A stretch of 63,944 nucleotides of DNA, counting the filler, from Olpidium bornovanus S191 (taxonomy: Eukaryota > Fungi > Olpidiomycota): assembly GCA_017911155.1 (NCBI GenBank). It is 31 parts of 31 records of this genome, joined end to end, with 100 filler letters (N's around TTAATTAATTAA, not from the genome) between each part and the next. Parts side by side here need not be neighbours in the genome. Positions count along the whole stretch, not along the records: positions 57,263 to 61,608 come from JAEFCI010003683.1; positions 61,709 to 62,771 come from JAEFCI010000332.1; positions 62,872 to 63,944 come from JAEFCI010009360.1; 28 more parts are not named here. The stretch is one strand, 5' to 3'. The notes below the pieces were generated by a model. That model worked only from the letters and a program-made list of their open reading frames with translations. It had not been told where the DNA came from and searched no databases. How positions within the stretch are numbered: position 1 is the stretch's first letter; each line of letters opens with the position of its first letter. The position numbers were made by a program, and so were the translations under genes. This document shows, piece by piece, positions 60,571-63,944 of this stretch.

Positions 60571-61708
60571 GATGGGTGGCAGAGGTGGCGAGATCCTGCT
60601 ATCGGGACGACCGGGAGATGATGATCCCGAAGAAGAAGACAGAGTGTGTAAATATTGTATAGTTATTTGCGTTTATTATTAGATATCACCTATTCCTTAG
60701 AATATTAAATATAAAACATAAATGCTTTACTGGTGAACGTGTCTCCCTGACGGAGGGTTCGGAATCCGCAGAACCGGGCCGGTTGGCGTACGTTGGCATG
60801 CAAGACGGCGAAAACGGAACTGTAACCGTCCATGCTGGCCGGCAGGAATAGAAGGAAAGGCATAAGCAACAGGTCTCAAACGACGGCGGGGTTCGGCAGA
60901 CCCTGCCGTGTACGCGTGAGGAGCGGCCTGTGACCCAGTGAGCATATGTAGCGGTTATCTCCGCATCCGCGGATGGAAAAGGCCGCCGCGCGGGCCTTGT
61001 TGCGTGGAGGATGACAGGTTCCGACGCCAGAGGAGGTGCCCCGGAGATGAACGCAGCCGAAGGTGACAGCGGAGTGCTGGGGAGGGCGCCCGGAACTCCG
61101 GGCACGCGGACAACGGTGTGACAATAGGCCGAGCGTGCAGTATGGCGTTGTTGCCTCTCTCACAAAAAAACCGCTAAAACCATTTCTCCAGTCCGGCCCG
61201 CGTAAGGCCTTAGCCGCAAGACCCAGTCGAGGACGCATCGTGAGAAGGATCTGGACAAGAATGCAACCTTCGTCATTTCCTTCTCAAATCGACTTCCCCC
61301 GCTTTTGGAAGTGGCGTATAAAACGGCCCCGGCCGGTGATAGGGGTTTTATTCATAGTACGCGTTCATTCTCGGCTACGATCGGGGTGACACGAAAAAGG
61401 GAAAAAGGCGGGGAAAAGCGAGAGTGTCCTGGGTCTTATACAAGCATAGGTGGGGGAAGCGTTACCGCAGAAATACTATTTATTGTACATGTTCTGAGAT
61501 TAGGCCTTATTGAGTCGTATGCAATATGGATCTCATCTAGGTTTTCAGAAAAAAAAATTACCGATCCATATATCATATAGGATCGAGTCGATTCAGAAGA
61601 GCAGATTANNNNNNNNNNNNNNNNNNNNNNNNNNNNNNNNNNNNNNNNNNNNTTAATTAATTAANNNNNNNNNNNNNNNNNNNNNNNNNNNNNNNNNNNN
61701 NNNNNNNN

Positions 61709-61845
61709 AGATCCAATGAGTTTGCTGTAGCGCTTGATCTCATCATCTGTAGCCTGATCAATACATTTGTCGATGGAGCCAATAGAAGAGGGATTGAGAG
61801 GTGTTACTTCAGGGTTGGCACCATCATGACAAAGAAGGCCAAGTG
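61709..61845 (-). pseudogene. Ty1/copia reverse transcriptase fragment
   Basis: GANPEVTPLNP...DEIKRYSKLIGS matches the copia segment P..TP...Y..LIGSL. Confidence 0.65.
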
Positions 61846-62007
61846 CGTGTTCTCCTCGGGTCCCTTCCGCCGCCCCCCCCCCCCTTCTCCCCCCCTTTCC
61901 TCCTTTCCTCACTTTTAGGGCGTCATTCCCCGCAGATAGTCGACTAGTGCTCGCCAAGGCTCTGACCTCCCCGGCACCCGTCTTCCCCTTTGCTCCCTCG
62001 CCGCCAG

Positions 62008-62610
62008 GGACTGCAAGCCGATCGACTACCCGAAACCCGACGGCGTAGTTACGTTTGACCTCTTGGAAAGCTTGTCTAGATCCGGCACCAATCACGCCGA
62101 GGACCAACCTGTCCACTTGCGCCTGCGCGACCCCAGCTTGGCTGTGAAGAGGAACCTTGCCGAATTCGACGGACCCGAGGGACGCTTCTGTCCGGGTAAC
62201 GTGACGCGCTCGAGTTTCTATTTTTTTTTCTTTTCGTTTTTTTTTTGTCGTTCGAGGAAAGAGGGGACAGGGCAAGAAACGGCGCGCTTTTTGACGTCCT
62301 TCTTCCGCTTGTTTTCTCCTGCCGACGGTTTACCTCTCATTCCTCTCGCGGGCATCTAACGGTCACAGCCGGCGTGTATGAGTTCGTTGACGACGATGCA
62401 AAACCCGGCCATAAGCGCCTGCAGGTGAGTTTCCATTAGCTGGGCAGTGTGGTTACCGTACGCAGATTTTGCGTTGTGGCCGTCAGCTTTTTTATTCCTC
62501 ATTTGGCGATCGACGGTCGCCCCTTGCTCATCATCCGCCCAATTTTTCTACAGATCAATGCGCAGAATTGCGTGCACTGCAAGACCTGCGACATCAAGGA
62601 CGTCTCGCAG
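62008..62610 (+). CDS. ETFDH: ETF-ubiquinone oxidoreductase, 4Fe-4S C-terminal exons (partial)
   Basis: Exons 62008-62195, 62369-62424 and 62554-62610: [36 protein letters not shown]|AGVYEFV..|[16 protein letters not shown]. Confidence 0.95.
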
Positions 62611-62719
62611 GTGCCGTGCTTCCCACCCCCACCATCCAACATTCTTTATCGATGCGAGGCGTCCGTTGGGAGGCTTTCGCGTCTGACCGTTCGGAACCTG
62701 TTATGTTGACGGTTTTTTT

Positions 62720-62756
<37 letters not shown>

Positions 62757-62871
62757 CTTACACCGCTCTCANNNNNNNNNNNNNNNNNNNNNNNNNNNNN
62801 NNNNNNNNNNNNNNNTTAATTAATTAANNNNNNNNNNNNNNNNNNNNNNNNNNNNNNNNNNNNNNNNNNNN

Positions 62872-63101
62872 AGGGCAAAGGGCGGCGGAAGAAGGGCGCA
62901 GAGCAAAGGGCGAGAGGCGGTCGAAGGGCGGAAGCGGCGGCGGGATCGAGGGCAGGACGGCCCCCGAACCCGGGGGTCGACCGATAGAATAGCCCCCCTC
63001 GAAGCCCGCCAATCGAAGAGCGCTTCCCCCCTTCCCCCCTCGCAGTCCGCCCATCGAAGGGCTTCCCCCCTCCCCCCCCCCCCCCCCCCCCCCCCCCGCC
63101 G

Positions 63102-63141
<40 letters not shown>

Positions 63142-63160
63142 ACATCGCGCGCACCCGCCC
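62872..63160 (+). mobile_element. Third partial copy of the chromovirus-associated LTR (opposite orientation)
   Basis: GACCGATAGAATAGCCCCCCTCGAAGCCCGCCAATCGAAGAGC is the reverse complement of the core in 14764-15179 and 15818-16495. Confidence 0.8.
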
Positions 63161-63944
63161 TAATACCGCTGCCCAAAATTAGCACAGCGTGGTTCCGAAC
63201 GGAGGAACTCCCCCTCCACTTTTGAGGCGAAACGGGCCAATGATCTCGCGCAATTAACTGCGGCTTCACCGAAAATCTACAATGCCGCAAACAAGATACA
63301 TTGCAGAAGCTGCACGTCAACGGCCCTTTACCCGCCCCGTTGTCTGTGGCAAGCGGCAGCCGGCCGGGCAAAGGCGGTTGTTTTGCGGGTTACAGGTTTG
63401 GTTCAAATCGGTTTTTTGGTTGTTTTTCTTTTCCGGGGAGGCGCGCGTCTCCGGGTCACGTGGCGGGACAAAAAAAGGTAGCGTGCGAACCCCCCTGCGC
63501 CCGCCCCTCTCCTTCCCCCCGCCCGCTTCCGGCCCCGCCCCGCGCCCGGTGGCCCGCTGGCACGCTTCTCCGTCGGGGTGAGCTGCGCGCCGGGACCCGT
63601 GGTGCCGTTTGCCACAGTTAAAAAGACCGGAAGCGCTGCTGTGGCCTGTTTGAGGAAAGGGTTCCACAGGTGAACCGGGAACTCGTTGTGCAGGCTGACA
63701 CTGCAGGCTATTTATTATCTCTTACAGACCAGCCGCACGGCAAGGAAGGACATTGAAACTTTGTCCGAGAATGTATTTCGTCACTTGCTGCAAGCGTGCA
63801 GACCGGAGTGCAAAACGGAAAAGAACGAATATGATGTTCTCCACCCGGTTCACGGTGCGTTATTCTTTTCTATTTTGTTTTTTTCTTTTACTGCGTGATA
63901 GACCTGGCTTTTTTTTTCTGCGTGATAGACCTCGCTATGCCATG

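Noticed and set aside
1-63944. rRNA, tRNA or minor snRNA genes; a multi-gene novel system
   Set aside because: No recognisable cloverleaf, rRNA or U11/U12/U6atac 5' motifs were seen by eye (Infernal and tRNAscan needed). Contigs hold 1-2 genes each and are artificially joined, so no gene cluster can be supported.

Overview
Intron-rich, GC-rich eukaryotic DNA. Gene content (LCB1, SHO1, PIG-P, QCR2, a DUF4451 protein, U11/U12-35K) best fits an early-diverging fungus; the species cannot be determined from the sequence. The window is not one locus. It is 31 short contigs (1.0-4.5 kb) joined by 30 identical 100-bp spacers (44 N + TTAATTAATTAA + 44 N), so adjacency across spacers carries no synteny information. 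I could hand-build spliced, mostly partial models for about 15 recognisable genes: Ac45/BIG1-like, PIG-P, LCB1, RPEL protein, DUF4451/Rua1_C, L-arabinokinase-like, QCR2, SNRNP35, TRANK1-like helicase piece, POLD3, BSP peptidase, perilipin, Sel1 protein, SHO1 and ETF-QO. There are also two intronless secreted proteins, several orphan ORFs and many transposon remnants (chromovirus, other Ty3/gypsy, Ty1/copia, MULE, a pogo-like MITE). No rRNA, tRNA, CRISPR or prokaryotic operon was found. The best leads are (1) a clear minor-spliceosome gene (SNRNP35) plus a U12-like intron in LCB1, (2) a two-copy non-autonomous Helentron-like (HINE) element with a compensatory base change in its hairpin and variable central repeats, and (3) an orphan transcription-factor-like ORF. 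All protein identifications are by recalled motif similarity; no database search was run.
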